Below are positions 10,367-23,528 of a DNA stretch of 64,000 bases, one piece after another. The position numbers and the translations under genes are program-made. The notes beneath the pieces are model-generated. The model was given only the letters and a program-made list of their open reading frames with translations. It searched no databases and was not told where the DNA came from. This DNA comes from Chiloscyllium plagiosum (taxonomy: Eukaryota): positions 12,945,399 to 13,009,398 of the forward strand of contig NC_057751.1 in NCBI RefSeq assembly GCF_004010195.1, in the 5' to 3' direction. Positions within the stretch are counted from its first letter, which is position 1, and the number at the start of each line of letters is the position of its first letter.

Positions 10367-13305
10367 GAACATAGAGCATAGAACATAGAAAAGTATAGCA
10401 CAGAACAGGCCCTTTGGCCCACGATGTTGTGCCGAGGATTAATCCTAATATAAAATAAAATAACTTAACCTATGCACCCTCAATTCACTGCTATCCATGT
10501 GCATGTCCAGCACACACTTAAATGTCCCTAATGACTCTGCTTCCACCACCACCACTGGCAACGCAATCCATGCATTCACAACTATCTGCATAAAGAACCT
10601 TCCTCTGTTGTCCCCTCTATACCTTTCTCCTAATATCTTCAAACTATGACACCTTGTGCCAGTCAATCCTACCCTGGGGAAAAGTCTCTGGCTTTTAACT
10701 CTATCCATGTGTCTCATTACCTTGTATACCTCGATCAGGTCATTTCTCTTCCTCCTTCTCTCCAGAGAGAAAAGTCCAAGCTTAGTCAACCTCTCTTCAA
10801 AAGGCAAGCCCTCCAGTCCAGGCAGCATCCTGGTAAACCTTCTTTGCCCCCTCTCCAAAGCCTCTGTATTTTTCCTATAGTAGGGTGACCAGAACTGGAC
10901 ACAATATTCCAAGTGTGGTCTCACCAGGGACTTGTAAAGCTGTAGCAAAACCTCNNNNNNNNNNNNNNNNNNNNNNNNNNNNNNNNNNNNNNNNNNNNNN
11001 NNNNNNNNNNNNNNNNNNNNNNNNNNNNNNNNNNNNNNNNNNNNNNNNNNNNNNNNNNNNNNNNNNNNNNNNNNNNNNNNNNNNNNNNNNNNNNNNNNNN
11101 NNNNNNNNNNNNNNNNNNNNNNNNNNNNNNNNNNNNNNNNNNNNNNNNNNNNNNNNNNNNNNNNNNNNNNNNNNNNNNNNNNNNNNNNNNNNNNNNNNNN
11201 NNNNNNNNNNNNNNNNNNNNNNNNNNNNNNNNNNNNNNNNNNNNNNNNNNNNNNNNNNNNNNNNNNNNNNNNNNNNNNNNNNNNNNNNNNNNNNNNNNNN
11301 NNNNNNNNNNNNNNNNNNNNNNNNNNNNNNNNNNNNNNNNNNNNNNNNNNNNNNNNNNNNNNNNNNNNNNNNNNNNNNNNNNNNNNNNNNNNNNNNNNNN
11401 NNNNNNNNNNNNNNNNNNNNNNNNNNNNNNNNNNNNNNNNNNNNNNNNNNNNNNNNNNNNNNNNNNNNNNNNNNNNNNNNNNNNNNNNNNNNNNNNNNNN
11501 NNNNNNNNNNNNNNNNNNNNNNNNNNNNNNNNNNNNNNNNNNNNNNNNNNNNNNNNNNNNNNNNNNNNNNNNNNNNNNNNNNNNNNNNNNNNNNNNNNNN
11601 NNNNNNNNNTGTAAACCTTTTCTGAACCCTCTCAAGTTTCACAACATCCTTCCGATAGGAAGGAGACCAGAATTGCACGCAATATTCCAACAGTGGCCTA
11701 ACCAATGTCCTGTACAGCCGCAACGTGACCTCCCAACTCCTGTACTTAATACTCTGACCAATAAAGGAAAGCATACGAAACACCTTCTTCACTATCCTAT
11801 CTACCTGCGACTCCACTTTCAAGGAGCTATGAGCCTGCACTCTAAGGTCTCTTTGTTCAGCAACACTCCCTAGGACCTTACCATTAAGTATATAATTCCT
11901 GCTAAGATTTGCTTTCCCAAAATGCAGCACCTCGCATTTATCTGAATTAAACTCCATCTGCCACTTCTCAGCCCTCCTCATCTAAGTCATTTATAAAAAC
12001 TAATAAGAGCAGAGGCCCAAGAACTGAGTCCTGCAGGACACCACTCAACACTGACCTCCAGGCAGAGTATTTTCCATCAACAACAACTCTCTGCCTTCTC
12101 TCAGCCAACCAATTCTGAATCCAGATAGACAAATCTCCCTGTATCCCATACTTCATGACTTTATCAATGAGTCTACCAGGGGGAACCTAATCAAATGCCT
12201 TTCTGAAGTCCATATACACCACATCCACTGCTCAACTTTCATCAACCTGTCTTGTCACCTCCTCAAAGAACTCAATACGATTTGTGAGGCATGACCTGCC
12301 CCTCACAAAGCCACGCTGACTGTCTTTAATCACGCTATGCTTTTCTAAATAGTCTTAAATTCTATCCCTCAGAATTCTTTCCAAAACTTTACCGACCACA
12401 GATGTAAGACTGACTAGTCTGTAATTGCTAGAGATTTCCCTATTCCCCTTCTTGAAAAGAGGAATACCATTCACCTTCTTCCAATTCTCCGGTACGACTT
12501 CTGTGGAGAGTGAGGAAGCAAAGATTTTCGCCAGGGGCTTAGCAATCTCCTTTCTCGCTTCCTGGAGCAGCCTAGGTTAAATCTGGCCTGGTTCTGGGGA
12601 CTTATCAATCTTAATGTTTGCCAAAATTTCCAGCTCATCAACTTCATCAATCTTGGTCTGTTCAAGCCTGTATCCCAGCTCCTCAAAGTTCTCATTCACA
12701 ACAAGGCCCCTTTCCTTAGTGAAAGCCGCAACAAAAAACTCATTTTTGAGTAGGGGAAGCTCAGACTCCACGCACCAGTTCCCTACACTATCCTTGATCA
12801 GCCCTAACTTCTCCCTGATCATTCTCTTATTCCTCACGTATGAGTAAAATGCTTTTGGGTTCTCCCTAATTCTTCTTGCCAAGCCTTTCTCGTGCCCCCT
12901 CCTGGCTCTCATCAGTCCATTTCTGGGCTCCTTTCTAGCAAGCTTGTAATCCTCTAAAGCTAGATCCTTGCTTCCTCCACCTTACGTAAGCTGCCTTCTT
13001 CTTTTTGACGAGAAGCTTCTCTGTTCTCGTCATCCAAGGTTCCTTAATCTTAGCCCTTCTTACCTGCCACAGTTGAACAAATTCGTGCATCACTCGCAAA
13101 CAAATGCTCCTTAAACAGTCTCCACATGTCCCTTTCTGTGCCCTTTCTGTGGAGCAATTGCTCCCAGTCTCTACTTCCCAACTCCTGCCTGATAGCGTCA
13201 TAATTTCCTTTTCCCCAATTAAATATCTTTCCTTGGTAACTGCTCTTTTCCCTCTCCAAGGCTATGGTAAATGTGAGACAGTTGTGATTACTGTCACCAA
13301 AGTGT
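10367..13305 (-). mobile_element. CR1 LINE ORF2 fragments (at least two copies, either side of an assembly gap)
   Basis: RPHLEYCVQFWSP occurs on one side of the gap and RPLLEYCVQFWSP on the other; also SVLGPLL..FINDLD and NPKAFYSYV; short tandem tail (agaacat-like on +) at ~10367-10390. Confidence 0.9.
10955..11609. other. Assembly gap (655 N)
   Basis: Run of n. Confidence 1.
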
Positions 13306-13486
13306 TTGCAATTGGTGTTTTGGGTGGGAGGTTTCAGTCACTGGTCAGAGTCTTCTTCACAGGAAGGGGCAGATGTAACTGGGTAGGTGACTGCTGCAGC
13401 TGAAGTAGGCAGCACGAGGTGGATTTTTTCTGGTGTCCTGCCTGTCCTTTAATTCACGCAGTACTAAACAATAAGGACAACATTCA

Positions 13487-13781
13487 CAGAATTCCTAGAG
13501 TTTGGAAGCAAGCCATTTGGCCTATTGGGTCTGCAACAATCCCCTGGAGAGCATCCCACCCAGACCATCCCCCCAACCTCACCCTATAACCCTGAATTTC
13601 CAATGGCCAATCCACCTAACCTGCGCATGTTTGGACCGTCAGAGGAAACTGAAGCACCCAAAGGAGTCATACGCAGACACAGGGAGAATGTGCAAACTCC
13701 AGACAGGCTGAAGCACAAGTCTGGAAACAAACTCAGGTCTGTGAGACAGCAGTGAGAACCACTAAGCTGCCATGCCGACCA
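13487..13781 (-). mobile_element. HE1-like V-SINE, diverged
   Basis: ccaatccacctaacctgc..gggagaatgtgcaaactcc..gtgagacagcagtg..ccactaagc; homologous to 8650-8961. Confidence 0.75.
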
Positions 13782-14271
13782 TTGAGGAACAAGAATGAAT
13801 ATTTTGAAAATAATTTACAGCAGCCATTTTGCACTGTATTTGGCAACATTTCTTGGTTGAAGTCAAAGAGTACTCACCAGAACGATCAAAAGGAATGAAT
13901 AATTTATGTAAAGAAAGCTGTTTTGCTTGTCTTATCAGACATTCAGTGGATGTACTCGCTATGGTGCAATATCTGGGACATAGTGTACCAAATGTGTGTG
14001 AAAGTGCGAATTGCAAAACTAGTGAGTGTGTGGATGTGAAAAGAGAAATGTGTGAAGCAGTGATTATATGGAAATATGAAAAGCTGAAGGAAGTAGAAAT
14101 AACATTGAATGTGTTGGGTTGGCTGACTCATAAATGTGTTTGAGGGCAGTAATCAGCAGCTTCTCAGGTCAACCTTTGCTGACTTCAATTTGTTGCAATG
14201 CCACTGAGGACCACGTCCTGAGACTGAATGTTTAAACTATGGGACAGAGGAAGTACACTTTGCCAAATGTC

Positions 14272-15660
14272 ATGAACCATAAGATATTGGGCAGAATTAG
14301 GCCATTCGAACCGTTGAGTCTGCCCTGCCATTCAATCATGGCTGATTTGTTTCCCAACCTCACTCTCCTGTCTTCTCTTATATCCCCTTATTAATAAAGA
14401 ACCTATCTATCTCCACTTTAAATATACTCAATGACTTGACTTCACAGTTTTCTGCAGCAATGAGTTCCACAGATTAGCCACTCTCTGACCGAAGAAATTC
14501 CTCCTTTTCTCAGTTCTAAAGAGTTGTCCCTTCACTGTGAGGCTGTGCCCTCAGGCCCAAGTCTGTCCTATTAGTGGAAACATCTTCTCCATGTCCACTC
14601 TATCCAAGCCACTTAGTATTCTATAAGTTTTCATGAGATTCCCCCTCATCCTTCGAAACTCCATCAACTAGAGTCTTCAACTGCTTCGCATATGACAAGC
14701 CCTTCATCCTGGGGATCATTCTTGTAAACCTTTACTGGATCCCCTCCAAGGCCAGCACATCTTTCCTGAGATATGAGACCAAAAACTGCTCACAATATTC
14801 CAAATGCAATATTCCACATTTTCCAGAGCCTTATATAGCCACAGAAGTAAATCTCTGCTGTTGCATTTTAGGCCACTTGACATGAATGCTAACGTTAAAT
14901 TTGTCTTCCTAAATGCCAAGTGAACCCACACATTAACCTTAAGAGAATCCTGAACTAGGACTCCCGAATCCCTTTATGCTTCCGATTTTTGAAGCCTTTC
15001 CCTATTTAGAAAATAGTCTGTGCCTCCTTTCTTCCTCCCAAAGTGCATAACCTCCCACTTGCCCACATTATTTTCCATCTGCCACTTCTTTGTCCACTCT
15101 CCTAGCCTGTTCAAGTCCTTCTCAGCCTCCCCCCTTCCTCAACACTACCTGTCCCTCTAGCTATTTTTGTGTCATCTGCAAACTTATTAAGAATGCCCTT
15201 AGTTCCTTCATCCAGATTGTTAATATATCATGTGAATTATTGTGGTCCCAACACCGACCCCTGCAGATCTCCACTAGTCACTGGTTGTCATCTTGAAAAA
15301 GTCCCCTTTATCCCCACTCTCTGCCTTCTGCTGGTCAGCCAAGCCCCTAACACTATGGGTTCTTATTTCACAGTCTCCTGTGCAGCACATTGTCAAAGGC
15401 CTTCTGGAAATCCAAATAGATCACGTCCATTGGCTCTCCTTTGTTTACCTTGCTCACTACTTCCTCAACCAATCCTAGCAGGTTTGTCAGGCATGACCTC
15501 CCCTTGAGGAAACCATGCTCACTCAGCCCCCATTTTACCATGCTGCTCCAAGGACTCTGTGGTCTCATTCTTATTGGACTCAAAATCATACAAATGACTG
15601 AGGTCAGGCTAACAAGTGTGTCATTTCCCATCTTCTGCCCCACTCCCATCTGAAACATGG
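14272..15660 (-). mobile_element. CR1 LINE 3' ORF2 fragment, decayed
   Basis: Minus frame contains HGFLKGRSCLTNLL..VIYLDFQKAFD (RT domain); CR1-type tail near 14272-14340. Confidence 0.85.
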
Positions 15661-17189
15661 GAGTTGAAATTTGCAGGAGGGACATGACCACTGAATGTGT
15701 GACGAACAACTGACCAAGTTGCACCTTCAAGCTGCACATACCTGTTATAGCTCCAGTGTATTTGTGCATTGAGCATTTTTATTCTTGTTTTCTGAGTGTG
15801 CAGACCTTTGTAAAAATTAATGGTGAGAAATTTATAAAGTGGCCAATGTCACCAAACTGAAGGATACTTGATCATGAACACACAAATTTGACCAGATATC
15901 TCAATTTGAAATGCTGCTGATTTTCTTGCTGCTGGTTTTCAAATTGTTGCAGTCATCCTGCTTCTAACAACATCAGTAATGTCATAACTATGTGTTGGCT
16001 GTGAAAACATTGATTTATAATGCTGTCATGAGAAAGATATGAATGACTGCCTTTGTGTAATGAAGCTGAAGTTAGATTATGTGTTAGTTGAAATCTGAAA
16101 GCTCATTTAAAAGTTTTATCGAATACACAAAGTAAGGGTTTGTGGCTTTGTGGGTTTTTTTTACATATTGCCTACAATTAGCTTTAAGTATCCACCCTGA
16201 AGTCAAGGCTTTAAGATTTAGAAACTTATCGGCTCTTTTTGGCTCATTGCAAGCCATCTCATTACCCATCGTCAATACAATCTTTTCCCATTTTGAAAGG
16301 AAACGTAAGAGAACCCACACAGATGTCATTTGGAACCCATTAGTTCTCTTGTCTCTCCTCCTGAGTAAACCCACCATCAGCAGCAGCCTTCTCTTCCCAA
16401 GAGATGCTTCCTAAACCATCAAATCAACCTGCCTGACTTTTCTTTAAAAAGTATCTTTCTTGACGATCTCTATACTAAGCTTCTGCAGACCTTTCCGGTA
16501 GACAGCGTGGTTTATGGCAACAATCTTAACTATTCTCACCTGATGATTGTGTTATCTTCTCCAAGAATTGAGCAATTACATAAACAAGCAAGCCGCGCTG
16601 GTCAAGTGATCATGGGCCCAAAATTGGACACTCCAAATTGACCCACAGCGGAGAAATCAGACCTGACAGAAAATTGGCCAAACTAAATTAAACAGCAGCG
16701 AGCAGCTATCGGCTACAGAGACCAGTGGAAACTAAGATCAAAGAGATTACAAAGGTTCAAGTTGCGACTAGCCTAAAGATTGTGTATAGGATAATGTCGA
16801 TCGGGGGTGTTGGCATCTTAACTGCCTGAGTATATGTACTTTATACCTCCCGGGACTGGAAACAATGAAGGTGTTGGCATAACCTCATTGGATAAATTGA
16901 ACCCAACTCATGACCCGATTGGCCAAAGACCACAGAACAATCCACAGTGAAGAGGGTTAAAAGCAGCGGAGCCTGACCACATGGTTCAATGCATTCCCTC
17001 TTTGTTTTAATTTCCTCTACAATTTCCTACCATTCCCAGTATTTTCCCTCTCTTCACATTCCTGATTGTGTGCTTTTGCCATCCTTTGCATTTCTCCCTG
17101 AAAAAGTCTATTTTACTTCTCAAGCTTCTCTGTGACCTGAGTCTTAACAAATTGTAAGCGTTTGGAAATCGGTGTCCAGATATGGGGTG

Positions 17190-18283
17190 CCATTATAGAG
17201 GTCTATAATATCCTGAGGGGCATAGATGTGTCAATAGACAAGGTCTTTTCCCTGGGATGTGGGAGTCCAGAACTAGAGGGCATAAGTATAGGGTGAGAGG
17301 GAAAAGGTTAAAAAGGGACCTAAGGGGCAACTTTTTTTACGCAACGGGTGGTGCATGTATGAAGCAGCCAGAGGAAGTGATCGAGGTTGATCACAATTAC
17401 AACATTTAAAAGGTATCTGGAAGGGTATATGAATAGGAAGGATTTAGAGGGATATGGGCCAAGTGCTGGCAATGGGACTAGATTACTTTAGGATATCTGC
17501 TTTATACCAAGATTCCGTACTGAGGTACTTTTGAACCTAAGATGGTGCTGTAAGTGGCAAGTTGTAAACTTTACACTGTACTCAAGTGAGTACGTGTGAC
17601 AATAAACCCAATTCAATTCAATTCAATTCATTTGTACAGTCCCCAATGCTCAATAGCAAAGGTGCGAACTGTTGTAAAGGTACACCGCAGAAATTCACCA
17701 AAACTCCTCGCCGGCATCTTCTAAACTTGCGACCTCGACGTCTAGAAATATGGCACAACCATCTTGAAGGTTCTGGTCTCCTTCATATCGGAAAAATGTT
17801 GTGAAACGTGAAAGGGTTCAGAAAAGATTTACAAGGAATGTTGCCAGGGTTGGAGGATTTGCCAGGGTAGGGAGAGTTCGAATAGGCTTGGGCAGTTTTC
17901 TCTGGGGCATTGGAGGCTGTGGGGTGACCTTATAGAGGTTTATAAAATTATGAAGGGCATGGATAGTGTAAATAGACAAAGTCTCTTCCCTAGGATGGGG
18001 GAGTCCAGAACTAGAGGGTATAGGTTTAGGGTGAGAGGGGAAAGATATAAAAGAGACCTAAGGGAGCAACTTTTTCACGCAGAGGTGGTATGTGTATGGA
18101 ATGAGCTGCCAGAGGATGTGGTGGAAGCTACTACAATTGCAACAATTAAAAGGCATTTGGATCGGTATATGAATAGGAAGGGTTTGGTGGGCCAGGTGGG
18201 TCTAGATTGGGATATCTGGTCAGCATGGACGAGTTGGACTGAAGGATCTGTTTCCATGCTGTACATCTCTATGACTCTATGAC
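17190..18283 (+). mobile_element. Two CR1 3' fragments (~17190-17500 and ~17773-18283) with a Rex1-like (attca)n tail between them
   Basis: gagtccagaactagaggg..WNELPE motif; ends in ctatgactctatgact; aataaacccaattcaattcaattcaattca at ~17601-17630. Confidence 0.8.
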
Positions 18284-18292
18284 TGTGTCACA

Positions 18293-18550
18293 AGGGCAGC
18301 AGATACATGGAAACACCTCAAATTCCCCTCCAAGCCACTCACCATCCTGCTTGGTACTATACTGCCATTCCTTCAGTGTCACTGGGTCAAAATCCTGGAA
18401 CTCCTTTCCTAATGGTATTGTGGATTCCCCTTCAACAAATGGGCTGGTGTGGTTCAAGAAGGCAGCTCACCATCACATTCTCAAGGCAACGAGAAGTGAG
18501 CAGTAAATGCTGGCCTTTCTAGCGATGTCGATTTCCCCTATATGAATCTT
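18293..18550 (+). mobile_element. LINE 3' end (same family as 53225-54497)
   Basis: aagccactcaccatcctg..aaatcctggaactcc..caagaaggcagctcaccatcac is shared with ~54285-54430. Confidence 0.7.
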
Positions 18551-19356
18551 TTAAAGCATGCTCACAGAGGTGCTATTGAACAAAATTTAACAGTTTGGGA
18601 CAGGTAATAAATACTGACCCAGCCAGCAACATCTGTTTGCCTTCTTAAACTCTTGGCCATTTGAACCTCCGCCTGTTCCTTACAAGTTTCTCTCGTGACC
18701 CTGATTAATGTCCACTGTAAATTACGCCATGAAAATTGCAAAAGGACTAATTTTACTTGACCTTTTAGTAGGCTGTATGCTGAGGTTTTATGTGAAAGAT
18801 ATAGGAACACAAACTGATGAGAACTTAAATAATTGAATGACTAAATAGCTTGTCAAAAGAAGCCTCAAGGTAATGTTACAAGACGAAACTGTCAAATTAG
18901 TGTTTCTCCATTTCCAACCAGAAACCCTGAAGCAAAGCAACAGTAAGAAGGCACAGAGATAACTCAACAAAGAAGCCAATGGATTGTTGAAACATATGGC
19001 TTTATGTGGATATTGGACAAGGATTCATTCATTTTTCCTCCTGTATGTTGGATATTCTGAACAGTTCAGGATGAAGTGTTGAATTTCATTGGAACAGCAG
19101 ACTTTTCAGGATATGCAAGTTGTCTTCAAAATGTGAGAGGAATATGCAGCTTTTGCTGTGATACTAGAAGTGTTTGTGAAAGGAAATAAGGGGCAGTATC
19201 ATTGTCAACCATGAGTGATTCAAGTGGACTTTTTAACAGCCAGAACACGTGTGAAGGAATCCATTAACTAAACCACAGTATCGTGAGATAATGGTAAGTA
19301 AAACCTGCTCTTCAAGGAGCTTAACAGCAATTCAGTCACGGTGCTTTGTTTGAGGA

Positions 19357-20403
19357 AGTTAAAAATCACACAACACCAGGTTATAGTCCACCAGGTTTAA
19401 TTGGAAACACACTAGCTTTCGGAGCGTCGCTCCTTCATCAGGTGGTAGTGGAGGGCTCAATCCTAACACACAGAATTTATAGCAAAAATTTACAGTGTGA
19501 TGTAACTGAAATTATACATTGAAAAATTGATTGTCTGTTAAGCCTTTCATCTGTTAGAATACTGTGATAGTTTCACATCTTTCATGTGTAAATCACAAAA
19601 CCTTTTTTTTAAAAAGTTGCATTCTTGGGTTAACTTAACAATGGTGATAGCTAGACAATATGTTGAAGGTGTTAGCCCCTTGTGTTCTCTGTCTATGCCA
19701 TGACTTTTAGATTGATTCTAATCTAAAAAGTGAGATAATGGAGTTTTACATGAATTCATGCAGTTTTTGAGCTCAGAGTTCCAAATGAATGCATTCAGTT
19801 TCTGAGCAAAGTACAATGTAACCCTGCAAGTACAAATTCACCCCACAAAATATATGTGTGCATGTGGGTCTTTGTGTGTCTGTGTGTCTGTCTGTCTGGG
19901 TTGGGGGTTGTGAGTGTGAGAAAGTGTATGTGTGTGTGTAGTGAGTGCAGAGTGTCTTAAGTCTGTGAGGGGGTGCATGTATGAGTGTGGGAGTGTGTGT
20001 GTCTGTAAGGGTGTGAGTATCTGTGTGTGTGTGTGTATAGGAGTGCCTGTGTGTGTGAGAGAGTGTGTGTGTAGGAGTATCTGTGTGTTGCATAGTGCAA
20101 TGGTGGGCACCTGTCATGTGACATGAACCATCAAGGATGGACACCTCAGCACCACACTCTACCGCAAACCCACAGACAGCCTCACAATGCTACACTTCTC
20201 CAAATTCCACCCAAAACATATTAAAACAGCCATCCCCTATGGACAAGCCCTACGTGTACACCAGATCTGCTCAGATGAGGTGGAACATGGTGGACACCTG
20301 GAAGTACTCAGGGATGCCCTCACAAGAAAGGGGTACAAAGCCCAACTCATCGACCGCCAGTTCCGACGTGCCACAGCAAGGAACCGTAATGATCTCCTCC
20401 AGA
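19357..20403. mobile_element. Penelope-like element: inverted terminal repeat (19357 to ~20125, with TG-rich tract) joined to a + strand RT thumb fragment
   Basis: + frame reads IKDGHLSTTLYRKPTD..LHFSKFHPKHIKTAIPYGQALRVHQICSD; the terminal repeat matches 21498-21657. Confidence 0.85.
19410..19444 (-). ncRNA. Minimal type I hammerhead ribozyme motif in a PLE terminal repeat, intact core
   Basis: Minus strand: CAC-CTGATGA-A-GGAGC(GAC)GCTCC-GAA-AGCT-A-GTG, i.e. stem I CAC/GTG, 5-bp stem II, palindromic AGCT stem III, predicted cleavage after CUA. Confidence 0.75.
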
Positions 20404-20942
20404 ATGTAGGTCATGAACATTTGATGGTGAACACAATAGATCATTTGATCCTGGCCACGCTTGGACCCCTCAGTGTCATTACTGTTTCACCTGGCCATTT
20501 CCAAAATGAAACTGGCTTCAGAACTGCAAGACAACTACAAAAGCCTGTCGGATGTAGAGAACAGATTTTCTTTTGTGGGGAAAATTCTGAGTTTTAAAGA
20601 CCTAAGAAGCATGGGCATGCCATTTAAAGATTTTGCTGAACTTGTTTGGATATTTGGAGAAGAAATAGGTTGTATCTAGAAGTGCCTGTCATTTGGTAAA
20701 GTGTTTTTAAAATGGCAATGCAATGGTAAAGCCAGTGAACAAGTAATCCCGAATCCTAAGTTCAAGTGGTGTGAACATGGTTTCGAATCCCACTATGGCA
20801 GATGGTGAAAAGCTGTTCCTGTTAGCTATTAAGATTAAAGAAGCAATGATTTAAAATTTGGATAAAGATGCAGGATCTGAGGAAGAGAAATTTTCATACA
20901 AGTAACTGTGCTGACTTGGAACTCACAGTCATGACATCGGTG

Positions 20943-21097
20943 GAGTGACGGCCAATAATTTCAAAAGAAAATTATATGAGCAGTTGTAGGTGTTCTTAAC
21001 TACCACCAGACTTTTCACTGTGTGGCTGTGAATATATAGTTTCATTTCGTCTCTTTTTATTCATTATTTGAATGTTTCCATTTGAAAATAACCAGTA
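20943..21097 (+). repeat. 155-bp local direct duplication, copy 1
   Basis: Matches 22257-22411 with 4 substitutions by eye. Confidence 0.95.
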
Positions 21098-21497
21098 GCG
21101 CATCTTTTGCTTTGAACAAAATCAAATATTAGTTTATAACTCAACTATTGCTAAAATTTACTCAGTATAAGCATGTTGCAGTTATTAGATAAAAATGCGT
21201 GATAAGTATTAAAAGGACCTCTAAATAAGATATACCTATAAAGATAAAATCAGTACATCATTGCAGGCCTGGTTTAAAAGATTCATGCTGGACTTGAAAT
21301 ATTAACTCTATTTCTCTGTCCACAGCCTTGCTGACTTCCTCCAACATTTTCTGTTTTTATTCGATATTAGGTGTTGGCTTAGCCCAGGTCTGGAGCATAG
21401 ACCCACTCATTGTCTTTGAGTTGAGGTCATTACTATTTAATTGTTTAAGCTATCAATTTGGATTGATTTGGAGATGCTGGTGTTAGGCTGGGGTGTA

Positions 21498-21831
21498 CAA
21501 AGTTAAAAATCACACAACACCAGGTTATAGTCCAACAGGTTTAATTGGAAGCACTAGCTTCCAGATCGCTGCTCCATCAGGTGGTTGTGGAGGACACAAT
21601 TGTAAGACACAGAATTTATAGCAAAAGTTTACAGTGTGATGTAACTGAAATTATACATTGAAAAATCCCTTGATTGTTTGTTGTATAATTTCGGTTACAT
21701 CACACTGTAAACTTCTGCAATAAATTCTGTGTCCTCCACAACCACCTGATGAAGGAGCGGCGCTCCGAAAGCTAGTGCTTCCAATTAAACCTGTTGGACT
21801 ATAACCTGGTGTTGTGTGATTTTTAACTTTG
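21498..21831. repeat. Fold-back inverted repeat made of two Penelope terminal repeats
   Basis: Arms 21498-21657 and 21682-21831 with a 24-nt spacer; the outer ~60 bp are perfectly complementary. Confidence 0.95.
21743..21777 (+). ncRNA. Minimal type I hammerhead ribozyme motif, intact core, sense to the host gene
   Basis: CAC-CTGATGA-A-GGAGC(GGC)GCTCC-GAA-AGCT-A-GTG. Confidence 0.75.
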
Positions 21832-22256
21832 GAATGATCGCTTTACCAAATGGCAGTGACCTAAGAGGGCTATCCACACCTCAAAGGAGAACTGTTGGTG
21901 AGGGCTTTCTGTTTACCCTTGTGCAGTGAATTTCAAATGGATGTCTTGCAATTTCTAATTGAGATAGGTATAGTCTGGCCCCAATTTCAGCTCAATCCAC
22001 AAGAACTATGAATTCTGGGACCCATTTTATTTCCATTTTTAAAAGACAAGATGAGCATTCTTTGTGCTATAATTATAGGGTCATTGATATGAGAAATAAA
22101 CTTGTGGGACTACGAGGAAGAAAGGACAAAAAGGTAGATTAAATTACTCCACGCCAAATCGACATGAAACCTGATAGGCCAAATAGCTCTTCTTGTGTCG
22201 CATAAAAACTCTATGACTTTATCGTAATGAGATATGAATGAAGGAATAGATGGATA

Positions 22257-22411
22257 GAGTGACGGCCAATAATTTCAAAAGAAAACTATATGAGCAGTTG
22301 TAGGTGTTCCTAACTACCACCAGACTTTTCACTGTGTGGCTGTGAATATATAGTTTCATTTAGTCTCTTTTTATTTATTATTTGAATGTTTCCATTTGAA
22401 AATAACCAGTA
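22257..22411 (+). repeat. 155-bp local direct duplication, copy 2
   Basis: Matches 20943-21097. Confidence 0.95.
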
Positions 22412-23528
22412 TAGATAGGTAACTTTGTTGCAGAAATGTGAATTCAGGTTGTTTGACGTTTTTCTGATTGCGGGAAAAAACAGCAGCATCCTATTTTATT
22501 TAGCAATTATACTTTTTCAGTTGATGTGATGTAACAAATGAAGCAGTACTTGTGCTGAGATTAATGTAGAATTAATGAGGTCCTGTTCAAGCTCAAAGGC
22601 GTTTGCGAGACAGGGGAGCTATTAGTCGTGCAGTGTCTTTGTAAATATTGAGTTCCATTCATTTGAGTGTTTTTGGTGTAACTGTTCGAGGTCTACTTTC
22701 AACCACTAAAAAAATCATCTCCCCTTACTCTGGTTTCATTGTTGCAATTTCATTTAAACTCCTGCTGTTAAAATTTCAATTCTTTTTTTAGACCAGACAA
22801 CTTCTTCCCTGCAGCTTGGTCAATACTCATAATACAAATCACTGTACCTAGAACAGTTCAAGCAGGGATTCTGTTCGATTGTATTGGTTCTTTCTAGCAG
22901 ATCAACAAACCAGGAATACGTGAGAAGAGGGAACTGCAGGAGTGCGGATCTGAATATGATTTTGACTCCATATTCCTTCTACCCCAGACAAGCTTTCATC
23001 ATCTTGCTGAGCAAGAACCTATCCACTTCTGCCTTCAGAGTATTCAAAGACTCTGCTTCCACCATGTCCTGAGGAAGACAGTACGAAAGACTCACGTCTT
23101 TCTGAGAAAACAAATTTCTGTTCATTCTGTCTGAATTGTCTATGTTTCAATAAAGCTGCATCTTACTCTGAAAAGCAGCAGAAATGAGCATAGCCGCTTG
23201 AACGTTTTCTCATAAGTGAAGCCGCACATGGTTTCGAGACCTTCTGTGATCTGCTGTCGATACAGTTGTAACCATCCTTAAATAAGGAGACCAATACTGT
23301 ACACAGCACACCATTTGCAGTCTCACTAATTCTCTGTATAAAATTAAGGTTATCAGCGCTCAGTATTTCAGAGGAAACTCACTAAGATAAAGGGAAAAAA
23401 AGCTTTGACACATCAAACGTTCAAGAGTTGATTGATTCAAAGAAAATTAGTTCAGATGTGAATATGTGACTGCACACCTCAACATGCCCAAACTTCTTCT
23501 TGGCCTAGTATTTCATCATTTAAAGTCA

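Noticed and set aside
10445..11981. ORFs of 246-396 aa
   Set aside because: Inflated by the 655-N gap; the real residues are CR1 ORF2 fragments.
19773..20144. His/Thr-rich and Cys/Val-rich ORFs (also 39171-39542 and 42745-43017)
   Set aside because: Translations of (TG/CA)-rich low-complexity tracts.
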